From the IMG/VR virus record IMGVR_UViG_3300043570_001980, positions 277,991 through 341,990 of that record: 64,000 nt of DNA; one strand, 5' to 3'. Made by a program: the position numbers and the translations under genes. Below, piece after piece: positions 55,921 to 64,000 of this stretch; the stretch's first letter is position 1, and each line of letters opens with the position of its first letter. Below the pieces are notes generated by a model, which saw nothing but the letters and a program-made list of their open reading frames with translations, was not told the origin of the DNA and did not search any database.

Positions 55921-57157
55921 GTCAAATAATATTGGGTTTATTGGCCTAGGCAAACTAGGTTTGGATTGCGCAGAAGTCTTTGCTGAAAAATATACTGTAC
56001 GTGGTTATGATATTTACCCACGAGAAAGCGAGCTGGTTAAAGTTTGTGACATTGAAGAAGTAGTCAGCAAAAGTGACTGGATTTTCATTGCTGTTCCAAC
56101 CCCGCACACTGAAGGATATGACGGAAGTGTACCATCTAGTCATATGGAGCCAAAAGACTTTGGGCATGATGCAGTTAAAGATGCATTGGTTAAAGTAAAC
56201 AAATTTGCTACTACGCCAAAACGAGTGGTGTTAATTTCCACAGTACTTCCAGGAACCACACGTAGACATTTTGCCACGTTGTTAGATAACAAACACCAGT
56301 TTTTATACAACCCTTATTTGATTGCCATGGGAAGTGTAAAATGGGATATGGCTAATCCTGAAATGGTTATGATTGGTACAGAAACAGGCGATGCCGGCGA
56401 AATGCGAGATCTAATAGATATCTATCGCCCATTGATGAAAAACAATCCACGTTATGTAACTGGCACCTGGGACGAATGCGAAGCCATCAAAATCTTCTAT
56501 AATACATTCATCAGCGCCAAGGTAGGATTGGTCAACATGATTCAAGACTTTGCACTAAAGATTGGTAACATCAATGTTGACGTAGTAACTGATGCACTGG
56601 CACAGTCGAATATGCGTATTATGGGGCCCAAGTACATGACAGCTGGTATGGGTGATGCAGGAGCATGCCACCCACGTGACAACATTGCCTTGCGCTGGCT
56701 GGCTGAAGAGTACAACATTGGATATGACTTGTTTGATACAATCATGCATGCGCGAGAAGTCCAGGCAAAAAATCTAGCACTATTTCTTGTTGATATTGCT
56801 GAAAAGAAAAATTTACCAATTGTCATTCATGGCAAAGCATACAAGCCTGATGTTCCTTATTGCATTGGTAGCTACAGCACTTTAATTGGGCACTACATCA
56901 AAGAAGCAGGCCGTACCGTTAAATATCTAGATCCATTAGCAGATGACAGCAATGATGTGATTGCATATGTCAAAGGCCCTGTGGTATTATTAATGGCACA
57001 CAATCGACAAATTACCTATGGATACACCGGAGATGTACGAGACGATACATTCTATACTCCCATTGAAGCCGGCAGTATTATTGTAGATCCATGGCGCAAA
57101 ATGGCTAATATGACCGGTTACAAAATCATCCACTATGGCAACACACGACAGTCGTAA
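55919..57157 (+). CDS. UDP-glucose/GDP-mannose dehydrogenase family protein
   Basis: GFIGLGKLG, AVPTP, STVLPGT, K..YN.F, GACHPRD, AYKP. Confidence 0.9.
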   Translation: MSNNIGFIGLGKLGLDCAEVFAEKYTVRGYDIYPRESELVKVCDIEEVVSKSDWIFIAVPTPHTEGYDGSVPSSHMEPKDFGHDAVKDALVKVNKFATTPKRVVLISTVLPGTTRRHFATLLDNKHQFLYNPYLIAMGSVKWDMANPEMVMIGTETGDAGEMRDLIDIYRPLMKNNPRYVTGTWDECEAIKIFYNTFISAKVGLVNMIQDFALKIGNINVDVVTDALAQSNMRIMGPKYMTAGMGDAGACHPRDNIALRWLAEEYNIGYDLFDTIMHAREVQAKNLALFLVDIAEKKNLPIVIHGKAYKPDVPYCIGSYSTLIGHYIKEAGRTVKYLDPLADDSNDVIAYVKGPVVLLMAHNRQITYGYTGDVRDDTFYTPIEAGSIIVDPWRKMANMTGYKIIHYGNTRQS

Positions 57158-57653
57158 GTACAACATTGATGTATTTTGGGATGATGAGTACAAACGCCTT
57201 GACTACATCAACGAACCATTTAATGATCCGGTGAGTGTTAACTCTTGGATCACGCAAGGATATCAAAGCAAAATCACCGGCGACCTCTGCGACATGCGAC
57301 ATCAATTGCCGTCCTGGAATCAGAAGTTCATTGATCTATTTGAATCTCAGGGATGGAAAGATATTGGTACCGCTTATTACAGAATGCCTACGGGAACAGT
57401 AATGCCCACACACAGTGATCTTTACGTTAGGTATATTGATATTTTTAAATTAAAAGGCCAAGAGAACAACATAAGACGAGCCATTGTTCTAGTAGAAGAT
57501 TGGAAGTCTGGACATTACCTTGAAGTGTTAGGAAACCCTGTGGTTAATTGGCAAGCCGGAACCGTGGTTGAATGGACATATAATACTCCACACATGGCAG
57601 CCAACATTGGACCTGAACCACGGTACACACTTCAAATTACTGGACATATATGA
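57135..57653 (+). CDS. Cupin/2OG-Fe(II)-like (Asp/Asn hydroxylase-like) protein
   Basis: PTHSD...PHMAAN.G..PRYTLQITG. Confidence 0.6.
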   Translation: MATHDSRKYNIDVFWDDEYKRLDYINEPFNDPVSVNSWITQGYQSKITGDLCDMRHQLPSWNQKFIDLFESQGWKDIGTAYYRMPTGTVMPTHSDLYVRYIDIFKLKGQENNIRRAIVLVEDWKSGHYLEVLGNPVVNWQAGTVVEWTYNTPHMAANIGPEPRYTLQITGHI

Positions 57654-58567
57654 TTTATAGCCAAAACGAATGGGATAAACTTAAAACTTGCGTAGTTGGA
57701 TCTGCCACAGATGCAAACTGGCCTGTGTATGATCCTGTGTTTAAATTGGAAAGTGAAAAGACCTCATGGAAGGAAACTCCTGTTCCACGTGGTCCTGTAC
57801 CCCAACAAATTATTGACGAAGCCAATGAAGACTTAGATAAGTTGGCAACAACCCTAATCAGTTTGGGTGTGGACGTTGTACGTCCGGAGCCACTTAACTT
57901 TCAAACTCATGACGGAATGTACAATTATTGCCCACGTGACAGATTACTAGTTTACAAAGATACTATTATAGATCCTGCTATGATGTACCCGTGTCGGAAC
58001 ATGGAGTTACAATGCTACCATGACATTGTTGATTTGGCACCGAATTATCTACACATGCCCAGGAATGAAAATATGATTTTAGATGCGGCTAATCTACTGC
58101 GCCTAAACGATAAAATGCTATTTTTAGAGTCGCCATCTGGCAATCGTGCCGCATATGATTGGCTACAGCAACAGTTTCCTGATGTAGAAATTGAAATTTG
58201 TAATTTTTATAGTGGTGTGCATATTGACTCCACTATTACACCATTGCGTGAAGGCCTTGTACTGCTAAATGGTAGCAGGGTTAATTCAGCAAATTGCCCT
58301 AAAATTTTTGAAAAATGGGATAAAATTTATATAGATGAAGTTATTGCTCAAGACTTCTATAATTACCCGTATGCAAGTAAGTGGATTGCCTTAAATATGT
58401 TAGTGGTTGACCCAACAACAGTGATTGTTGACCAAAAGCAAACAGAGTTGATACGCATACTAGAGCAACAGAGTTTTACAGTAGTTCCGTTAGAATTACG
58501 ACATAGTAGAACATTAGGCGGCGGTTTTCACTGTGTGACATTAGATTTATGGAGAGAACATGCTTGA
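57650..58567 (+). CDS. Amidinotransferase (glycine/inosamine-phosphate amidinotransferase family)
   Basis: NEWD.L..VVG, CPRD, DAAN, HIDS, RTLGGGFHCVTLD. Confidence 0.9.
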   Translation: MIYSQNEWDKLKTCVVGSATDANWPVYDPVFKLESEKTSWKETPVPRGPVPQQIIDEANEDLDKLATTLISLGVDVVRPEPLNFQTHDGMYNYCPRDRLLVYKDTIIDPAMMYPCRNMELQCYHDIVDLAPNYLHMPRNENMILDAANLLRLNDKMLFLESPSGNRAAYDWLQQQFPDVEIEICNFYSGVHIDSTITPLREGLVLLNGSRVNSANCPKIFEKWDKIYIDEVIAQDFYNYPYASKWIALNMLVVDPTTVIVDQKQTELIRILEQQSFTVVPLELRHSRTLGGGFHCVTLDLWREHA

Positions 58568-59837
58568 CACCAAATCGGTAACAGAATTAGTAGAACAACA
58601 GATAGCAAAAGCAGTTGCTGAACAAGTTGCTGCCGTTATGAATAACGGCAAATGGCTTAGTGCCATTGAAGGACAAATTACAAAACATGTACAGGATAGG
58701 ATTACTGCAAAATTTAGTAATATATCAACAGTTCCTGATTTGGTATCCACTGTACAAAATAGTGTTACTAAATTATTTGAACAAGGGCATGTGCCTGGAT
58801 TAGATTTATATGTAGATGCTAATAAAATCTCAATGGCAGTTGATAACTCTGTGCAGACTTTTGTTGAGTCCACAATTGACAATCTAGTAGTCGATTCTAC
58901 TTGGTTAAACAAAATTGAAAATACTATTCACAAGCAAATGTCACTAAAACTTTTGCAAAAGATCAGCGGAATAGATCTAAACAAAATGTTAGTCAACGAA
59001 ATTGATAACGGTATTACTCGTTGGCAAGATCGACTAATTACCAATTTTAAAACTTCGGGCATTATTGATCAATCAACCAAATTGGAATTAATTGTCACTG
59101 ACGATACTGTGATAGTAGAAAATAATCTTATTTCTAAAAATGCCATTGTTGATGACACATTAACAGTACAAAATCTTGTTGTTAAAGGACAAATCAATAC
59201 GGATAACAATTCGTGGAATGAACTTGCTACAAAAATTGCGTCGCTCACACTAGAATTATCCAATGACGAATGGAAAAATCAGTTAGTTAATCAAGTATTG
59301 GATATTGCCAAGGCTGGAGGAATTGACTTCAGTGAAGTTACACTAAATGGAAAACCTCTTATTGCACACAATGGTATCAACCCAACTATCATTGAATCAA
59401 ATTTACAAAAAGTTGGAACACTAAGAGAACTTGATGTTTCGGGGAAGGCCAGAATTTTTGACACACTTGCAGTTGCCAACAAGCGTGTGGGTATCAATAC
59501 CGATCAACCAGAGATGGCTCTGAGTGTCTGGGATGAAGAAGTATCGTTGTTGTCGGGTAAGATTTCTAAAAATCAAGCGTATTTCGGAACAGGCCGAAAA
59601 CAAGGATTGTCAATTGGTATTAATAGACAGTCCAGTATTGACATAGATCCCGAAGGCCTAACCACTGTCAAAAAAATTAGAATTGACAAACATCGTATTG
59701 CATTTGAACCTGCAGTTCCTGGATACAGCGGCTCACGCGGAGACATTGTGTTTAACAGCGACCCAAAGCCCAACACACCGTTTGCTTGGGTATGTATCGG
59801 TGCATTCCGCTGGCAATCACTAAAGGCTGGTGAATGA
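58560..59837 (+). CDS. Hypothetical protein with a tail-fiber-like C-terminus
   Basis: RVGINTDQP, GDIVFNSDP...WVC...W motifs. Confidence 0.55.
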   Translation: MLDTKSVTELVEQQIAKAVAEQVAAVMNNGKWLSAIEGQITKHVQDRITAKFSNISTVPDLVSTVQNSVTKLFEQGHVPGLDLYVDANKISMAVDNSVQTFVESTIDNLVVDSTWLNKIENTIHKQMSLKLLQKISGIDLNKMLVNEIDNGITRWQDRLITNFKTSGIIDQSTKLELIVTDDTVIVENNLISKNAIVDDTLTVQNLVVKGQINTDNNSWNELATKIASLTLELSNDEWKNQLVNQVLDIAKAGGIDFSEVTLNGKPLIAHNGINPTIIESNLQKVGTLRELDVSGKARIFDTLAVANKRVGINTDQPEMALSVWDEEVSLLSGKISKNQAYFGTGRKQGLSIGINRQSSIDIDPEGLTTVKKIRIDKHRIAFEPAVPGYSGSRGDIVFNSDPKPNTPFAWVCIGAFRWQSLKAGE

Positions 59838-60388
59838 AAATAAATTGGGTGTTTGCCGAGGGCTATCAAATTGATCCAACAGTCAACCTTGATTCTATTA
59901 AAAGCATAGGCCCAACCTGGGGTTCCTGGAAGACCTGGCGTGGATGCTCTACTGATAATGTTATATGTCACAATAAGTCCAAAGCGCAGGAATTAATTCA
60001 ACGTGCGTTTCAAGCTGTGTGTAATTTTTATGTGTCTAAAGATCATTACCAGTCTATAGGGAGACCAATGGGTGTCAAACTCTACGAAGGCGAGTTCACA
60101 CAGGAAGTAGACTGTCCAGACGATATCGTAGCATTGCACTTGGTTAGTAATATTTCGGACATTGTATTATTGGCTGGTTTTGATTTATCCAAAAAAGAAA
60201 AAGCTCTGGACCGATTTCAAGAACATAAAGACTTTAATTATTATGCTCTAATTCAAAGTATTATTACAGCTAACCCAGACACACAGTGGGTTTTGGTTGA
60301 TCACCCAAATTCTGTTGACAAATCTTTTAAAAAATTATCCAATCTCACTTGCGATATAATGCCAAATGTGTTAAAATTACTAGTGTAA
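59834..60388 (+). CDS. Hypothetical protein (possible GT/MptE-like Rossmann fold)
   Basis: ALHL...IVLLAGFDL motif; ATGA coupling. Confidence 0.55.
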   Translation: MKINWVFAEGYQIDPTVNLDSIKSIGPTWGSWKTWRGCSTDNVICHNKSKAQELIQRAFQAVCNFYVSKDHYQSIGRPMGVKLYEGEFTQEVDCPDDIVALHLVSNISDIVLLAGFDLSKKEKALDRFQEHKDFNYYALIQSIITANPDTQWVLVDHPNSVDKSFKKLSNLTCDIMPNVLKLLV

Positions 60389-60410
60389 ACAAACTCACTG
60401 GGATTTTATT

Positions 60411-60602
60411 TTGAATTCACTTGAACGTATCTGGGCCAGAGCCACCGGACATCTAATGGGGCAGACAGATGAAGATCGACCAGATATTCCTATTCTTTCT
60501 TTGCGTGAAGCCAGAATTGCATTGACTTTAAAAACGTTTTGGGTTATAATACATGTAATCACCTGTTTCTTTATTTGTATCAACGTTGTTCATCATTGGT
60601 AG
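60411..60602 (+). CDS. Small membrane protein
   Basis: TTG start; IWARATG..MG..D..D; C-terminal TM helix. Confidence 0.55.
   Translation: MNSLERIWARATGHLMGQTDEDRPDIPILSLREARIALTLKTFWVIIHVITCFFICINVVHHW
60522..60550 (+). promoter_or_regulatory. Sigma70 promoter for uvsE
   Basis: TTGACT-17-TATAAT inside the upstream ORF. Confidence 0.65.
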
Positions 60603-60610
60603 GAGCCACT

Positions 60611-61630
60611 ATGGGAAGAATTGGATTTTGTTGCAAATGGCTTAATGACCCCACAGAATGTGGCGGTATGAAAGTCAACGCAAAGGACCGGGACCTAAAC
60701 GGCAGATCAACTACCATGCGCTGGCTCCGCGAACACAAGGACGAAGCAGAGCAACGTCAATGGGATATCATGAATCACAATGCCTCGGCGGCTGTGAAGA
60801 TGATCGAACGTGTGGCCACCTTGCCCGCAGAACGCAGAATGGTACGTCTTGGTAGCGAAATGCTACAGGGCTACACTGAACCTTCATGGATTGCGTGGTG
60901 GCAACGGCCGGAAATTCAGGATCATTGTGAGAAGATCTTTGCCCCAATTGGTGAAGCCGCACGTAAATACGGTGTGCGTTTGAGCTTTCATCCTGGACAA
61001 TTTTGCGTACTAGCAAGTGAAGCAGATGAGATTGTAGAACGTTCAATCCTGGAATTTGAATATCACGCTGATATGGCACGTTGGATGGGCTATGGCAAAA
61101 CCTGGCACGACAATGGTTTTAAGATCAACGTACACTTGAGCGGTAAAGGTGGTGCCGCAAAATTCTTGCGTACTCTAGGTAGACTCAGCCCAGAAGCAAG
61201 AAACTTAATTACTATCGAGAATGATGAGATGACAAATGGACTTGACACTACTTTGGCTGTGGCTCAGCATGTGGCTCTTGTATTGGACCTACACCACCAC
61301 TGGATTAACTCGGGAGAGTACATCTCCGCGCAGGACGATCGTGTCAAGCGGGTTATTGACTCTTGGCGCGGCACTCGTCCTGCACTTCATTATAGTGTTA
61401 GTCGCGAGGACCTTTTGGTTGACCATGACCGAGGAACTAGACCCGATCTTGCTGAACTTCTTGCTAGAGGTTATAAAAAACAGAAACTCCGGGCACACAG
61501 TGACTTCTATTGGAATCACGCTGTGACTGACTGGGCCTTGACCTTTGCTGACAACTTTGATATCCAATGCGAGGCCAAGGGCAAGAACCTGGCTAGTGAA
61601 CAAGTTTATGAAAGACATGTAAATGTATAG
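60611..61630 (+). CDS. uvsE: UV-damage endonuclease UvsE (UVDE)
   Basis: RIGFCC, RLSFHPGQF, IENDE, LDLHHH, HYS, RAHSD, CEAKGK; SD AGGAG. Confidence 0.92.
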   Translation: MGRIGFCCKWLNDPTECGGMKVNAKDRDLNGRSTTMRWLREHKDEAEQRQWDIMNHNASAAVKMIERVATLPAERRMVRLGSEMLQGYTEPSWIAWWQRPEIQDHCEKIFAPIGEAARKYGVRLSFHPGQFCVLASEADEIVERSILEFEYHADMARWMGYGKTWHDNGFKINVHLSGKGGAAKFLRTLGRLSPEARNLITIENDEMTNGLDTTLAVAQHVALVLDLHHHWINSGEYISAQDDRVKRVIDSWRGTRPALHYSVSREDLLVDHDRGTRPDLAELLARGYKKQKLRAHSDFYWNHAVTDWALTFADNFDIQCEAKGKNLASEQVYERHVNV

Positions 61631-62762
61631 TGTGTACCAACACTGGGATCCGTTAAAAGTTTGTGTAGTAGGTCGTAGCTATCCACCTGAATTCTATAAC
61701 TGGATCAAAGTTCCGCATGTGCGTAGACTGTTTGAGCGTATTGCTATTGAAACAGAAGAAGACCTGCAAAAAATTGCAACAGTATTAGAAACCTTTGGTG
61801 TTGAAGTATTAAGACCAGAAATTCCTGCAGAGTGGTTTAATCAAACAAGAACTCCTTTTACACCTCCTCCCCTTCAACCTAGAGATATTATGGTTATGAT
61901 TGGAGAAACGTTTTATAGACCAACCAACCAATGGGAAGAATTTTACAAAACAATTAAAGATCCAAGTTGGCCAAGAAATTCTGTAGACATCACTGATCTA
62001 CCAAGTCATGTACAGCAGGAATGCTTGGATGTGCATAATTGGCTTGATGCAAGTAAAGAAGAAGTGTTCCGTCATCACTACCCTTATAAAAAAATATTTG
62101 ATCGTATTCAATCACAGGGCAATATAATAAAGACTAGTCCTCATCCCTGTGTGCAAGGGATGATGACATCACGTATCGGCAAAGATTTATACTTTGCCAC
62201 AGAGTCGTACACTGACGACCAGAATAAAATCAAACAAGTAGTAACACAAGAATTTCCAAATAATCGCACACATATTATCAACACTGGTGGTCACGGCGAT
62301 GCTGTTTACTGTCCGGTTACTCCTGGACTAATTATCAGTTTAAAAGATGTACCAACTTATGCAGAAACTTTTCCAGGCTGGGAAGTTGTTTATCTCCCTG
62401 GACAGAGTTGGGATCACATTAAACCATTCAAGGATTTAAAAGCCAAAAACAACGGTAAATGGTGGATACCTGGATTCGAATACGATCAGAATGTAATTGA
62501 TGTTGTAGAAACTTGGCTTGGTCATTGGACTGGGTATGTTGAGGAAACAGTATTTGATGTCAACATGCTGATCATTGACCCAAAGAACGTAATTGTGTTT
62601 AACTACAATGACCGAGTGTTTGAAGCACTAAGTAGGTATGGAATCACTCCACATGTTATCAATTTCAGACACAGATACTTCTGGGACGGTGGCATCCATT
62701 GCGTGACACTTGATCTACACAGAGAAGGGGTAATGCAAGACTTCTTTCCAAATAAAAAATGA
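61623..62762 (+). CDS. Second amidinotransferase-family protein
   Basis: HWDPL..CVVG, QPRD, GHGD, FDVN, RYFWDGGIHCVTLD. Confidence 0.85.
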   Translation: MYSVYQHWDPLKVCVVGRSYPPEFYNWIKVPHVRRLFERIAIETEEDLQKIATVLETFGVEVLRPEIPAEWFNQTRTPFTPPPLQPRDIMVMIGETFYRPTNQWEEFYKTIKDPSWPRNSVDITDLPSHVQQECLDVHNWLDASKEEVFRHHYPYKKIFDRIQSQGNIIKTSPHPCVQGMMTSRIGKDLYFATESYTDDQNKIKQVVTQEFPNNRTHIINTGGHGDAVYCPVTPGLIISLKDVPTYAETFPGWEVVYLPGQSWDHIKPFKDLKAKNNGKWWIPGFEYDQNVIDVVETWLGHWTGYVEETVFDVNMLIIDPKNVIVFNYNDRVFEALSRYGITPHVINFRHRYFWDGGIHCVTLDLHREGVMQDFFPNKK

Positions 62763-63046
62763 ATGAACTTTTAAAACCCACGTTTGACTGGATACAAGAT
62801 GACTTTAAGTCCCATAGAATTCGCTTTGCTGTTGAGTTGCTTGCTTGGGCTATTAGTATTGGTTGCAGTATTACTATGGCACTCACAGTCCCCACTCCTC
62901 CGCTTCTTACTCTTTATCCTATTTGGATCATTGGCTGTGCCATGTATGCTTGGGCTAGTTGGACTAGGAAATCTTTTGGCATGCTGGCTAACTACCTATT
63001 GCTAACCACAATTGATAGTGTTGGCTTGATCAGGATGCTTGCCTAA
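62759..63046 (+). CDS. Small three-TM membrane protein
   Basis: Three hydrophobic helices; ATGA coupling. Confidence 0.65.
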   Translation: MNELLKPTFDWIQDDFKSHRIRFAVELLAWAISIGCSITMALTVPTPPLLTLYPIWIIGCAMYAWASWTRKSFGMLANYLLLTTIDSVGLIRMLA

Positions 63047-63100
63047 GCCCTTGCAGTAATAGTGCTATATGTGGCACTATTTTTGTTAGCTATATACTAT

Positions 63101-63802
63101 ATGATAGAACTAATATACACACTGATAGTGACACATATTACCATAGTATGTGTCACTTTATTTTTACATCGCGGACAAGCCCATCGGGGAATAGAATTCA
63201 ATCCAATACTTGAACACTTCATGCGAGCATGGCTATGGCTCACAACTGGCATGGTCACCAAGCAATGGGTAGCCATACATCGCAAACATCACAGATTCAG
63301 TGATCAGCCCGGTGACCCGCACACGCCACATGTTTACGGAATTTGGCGTGTGTTGTTCAAGGGTGCAGGACTTTATCACTCAGCCAGCAAAAACGCTGAA
63401 ATGGTAGCTCAGTACGGAGTAGGTACTCCTAATGACTGGATGGAACAAAATGTCTACACCAAGCATAGCCGAGCTGGTATTGTGCTTATGCTACTAATAG
63501 ATTTGTTGATATTTGGCCTGCCAGGTTTACTAGTTTGGGGCATTCAAATGATTTGGATTCCATTCTGGGCCGCTGGAGTCATCAATGGTCTAGGTCACTG
63601 GTGGGGATATAGAAATGGCGAAACTAAAGATCACAGTAGAAACATTGTTCCTTGGGATATTGTTGTTGGTGGGGAATGCCTGCATAATAACCATCATTTG
63701 GATCCTGCTAACCCTAGACTGAGTCGTCGCTGGTTTGAGTTTGATGCAGGATGGATGTGGCTGAGCGTGTTTAGACTGGTAGGCCTAGCACGTTTAAGGT
63801 AA
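63101..63802 (+). CDS. Membrane fatty-acid (delta-9, DesA-like) desaturase
   Basis: His boxes HRGQAH, HRKHH, HNNHH; NGLGHWWGYRN. Confidence 0.93.
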   Translation: MIELIYTLIVTHITIVCVTLFLHRGQAHRGIEFNPILEHFMRAWLWLTTGMVTKQWVAIHRKHHRFSDQPGDPHTPHVYGIWRVLFKGAGLYHSASKNAEMVAQYGVGTPNDWMEQNVYTKHSRAGIVLMLLIDLLIFGLPGLLVWGIQMIWIPFWAAGVINGLGHWWGYRNGETKDHSRNIVPWDIVVGGECLHNNHHLDPANPRLSRRWFEFDAGWMWLSVFRLVGLARLR

Positions 63803-63866
63803 TTACCTTGCTAACGAGTTATTCAAGGCCGCTTGATCCTAAATATAGAGCCTGGCATGTATGATT

Positions 63867-63884
63867 TTGTAACAAAATTGTAAT
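63867..63884 (+). promoter_or_regulatory. Pho box (PhoB site)
   Basis: TTGTAAC-AAAA-TTGTAAT direct repeat with 11-bp period upstream of pstS; another half-site TTGTCAC at 63905. Confidence 0.65.
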
Positions 63885-63926
63885 ATTATTCTCCTTAAAT
63901 AATCTTGTCACAACAAGGAGAACTCA

Positions 63927-64000
63927 GTGAACAAACTACTAGCAATTTTATTAGCCGCAGTAACTTTATCAGCACAAGCAGACATCACAGGTGCTGGCGC
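63927..64000 (+). CDS. pstS: Phosphate ABC transporter substrate-binding protein PstS (5' part only)
   Basis: AAGGAG SD, GTG start, signal peptide MNKLLAILLAAVTLSAQA then DITGAGA. Confidence 0.8.
   Translation, partial: MNKLLAILLAAVTLSAQADITGAG

Noticed and set aside
33106-63802. Bacterial chromosome or contamination, given iscU, clpX, rpsU and gmd
   Set aside because: These genes are interleaved and translationally coupled with T4-like genes, follow TAAATA late cores and lack their usual operon partners
63803-63866. tRNA or other structured RNA in intergenic gaps
   Set aside because: No cloverleaf, T-loop GTTCRA or CCA pattern found here or in the other gaps examined
1-64000. Stop-codon reassignment (TAG stops are rare)
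   Set aside because: Conserved genes (nrdA, nrdB, clpX, ligase, helicases) are full length in the standard code and coding density is high

Overview
This 64-kb window is a gene-dense, AT-rich, mostly plus-strand segment of a large T4-like (probably jumbo) dsDNA myophage genome in the standard genetic code. All calls come from reading motifs by eye; no searches were run. Left to right: UvsY; a ~15-gene glycan cluster (gmd, glycosyltransferases, SAM methyltransferases, cytidylyltransferase-cupin fusion); an early AAA ATPase with a structured 3' element; replication genes (UvsW, gp62-like clamp-loader subunit, a 199-aa mini-DnaE, primase, DnaB/gp41 helicase); two convergent radical SAM genes; a late block of probable head/internal proteins including a nucleotidyltransferase-ligase fusion; IscU, 2OG-Fe(II) oxygenase, IscA, sulfotransferase; exonuclease; tail spike; nrdAB and glutaredoxin; PAAR/baseplate; a hypervariable early region built on a repeated promoter; DNA ligase; ClpX, bS21, thioesterase, Hsp20, ClpS; UDP-glucose dehydrogenase, two amidinotransferases, UvsE, a fatty-acid desaturase and the 5' end of a Pho-box-preceded pstS. 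Host-like genes suggest a betaproteobacterial host. The most unusual candidates are (1) a possible translation-switch system: an anti-Shine-Dalgarno-like 3' hairpin RNA complementary to the RBS of early genes, leaderless late genes and phage bS21; (2) the mini-DnaE; (3) the probably virion-packaged NTase-ligase fusion; and (4) the amidinotransferase/glycan-tailoring genes. No tRNA, rRNA, CRISPR array, intron or transposon was seen.
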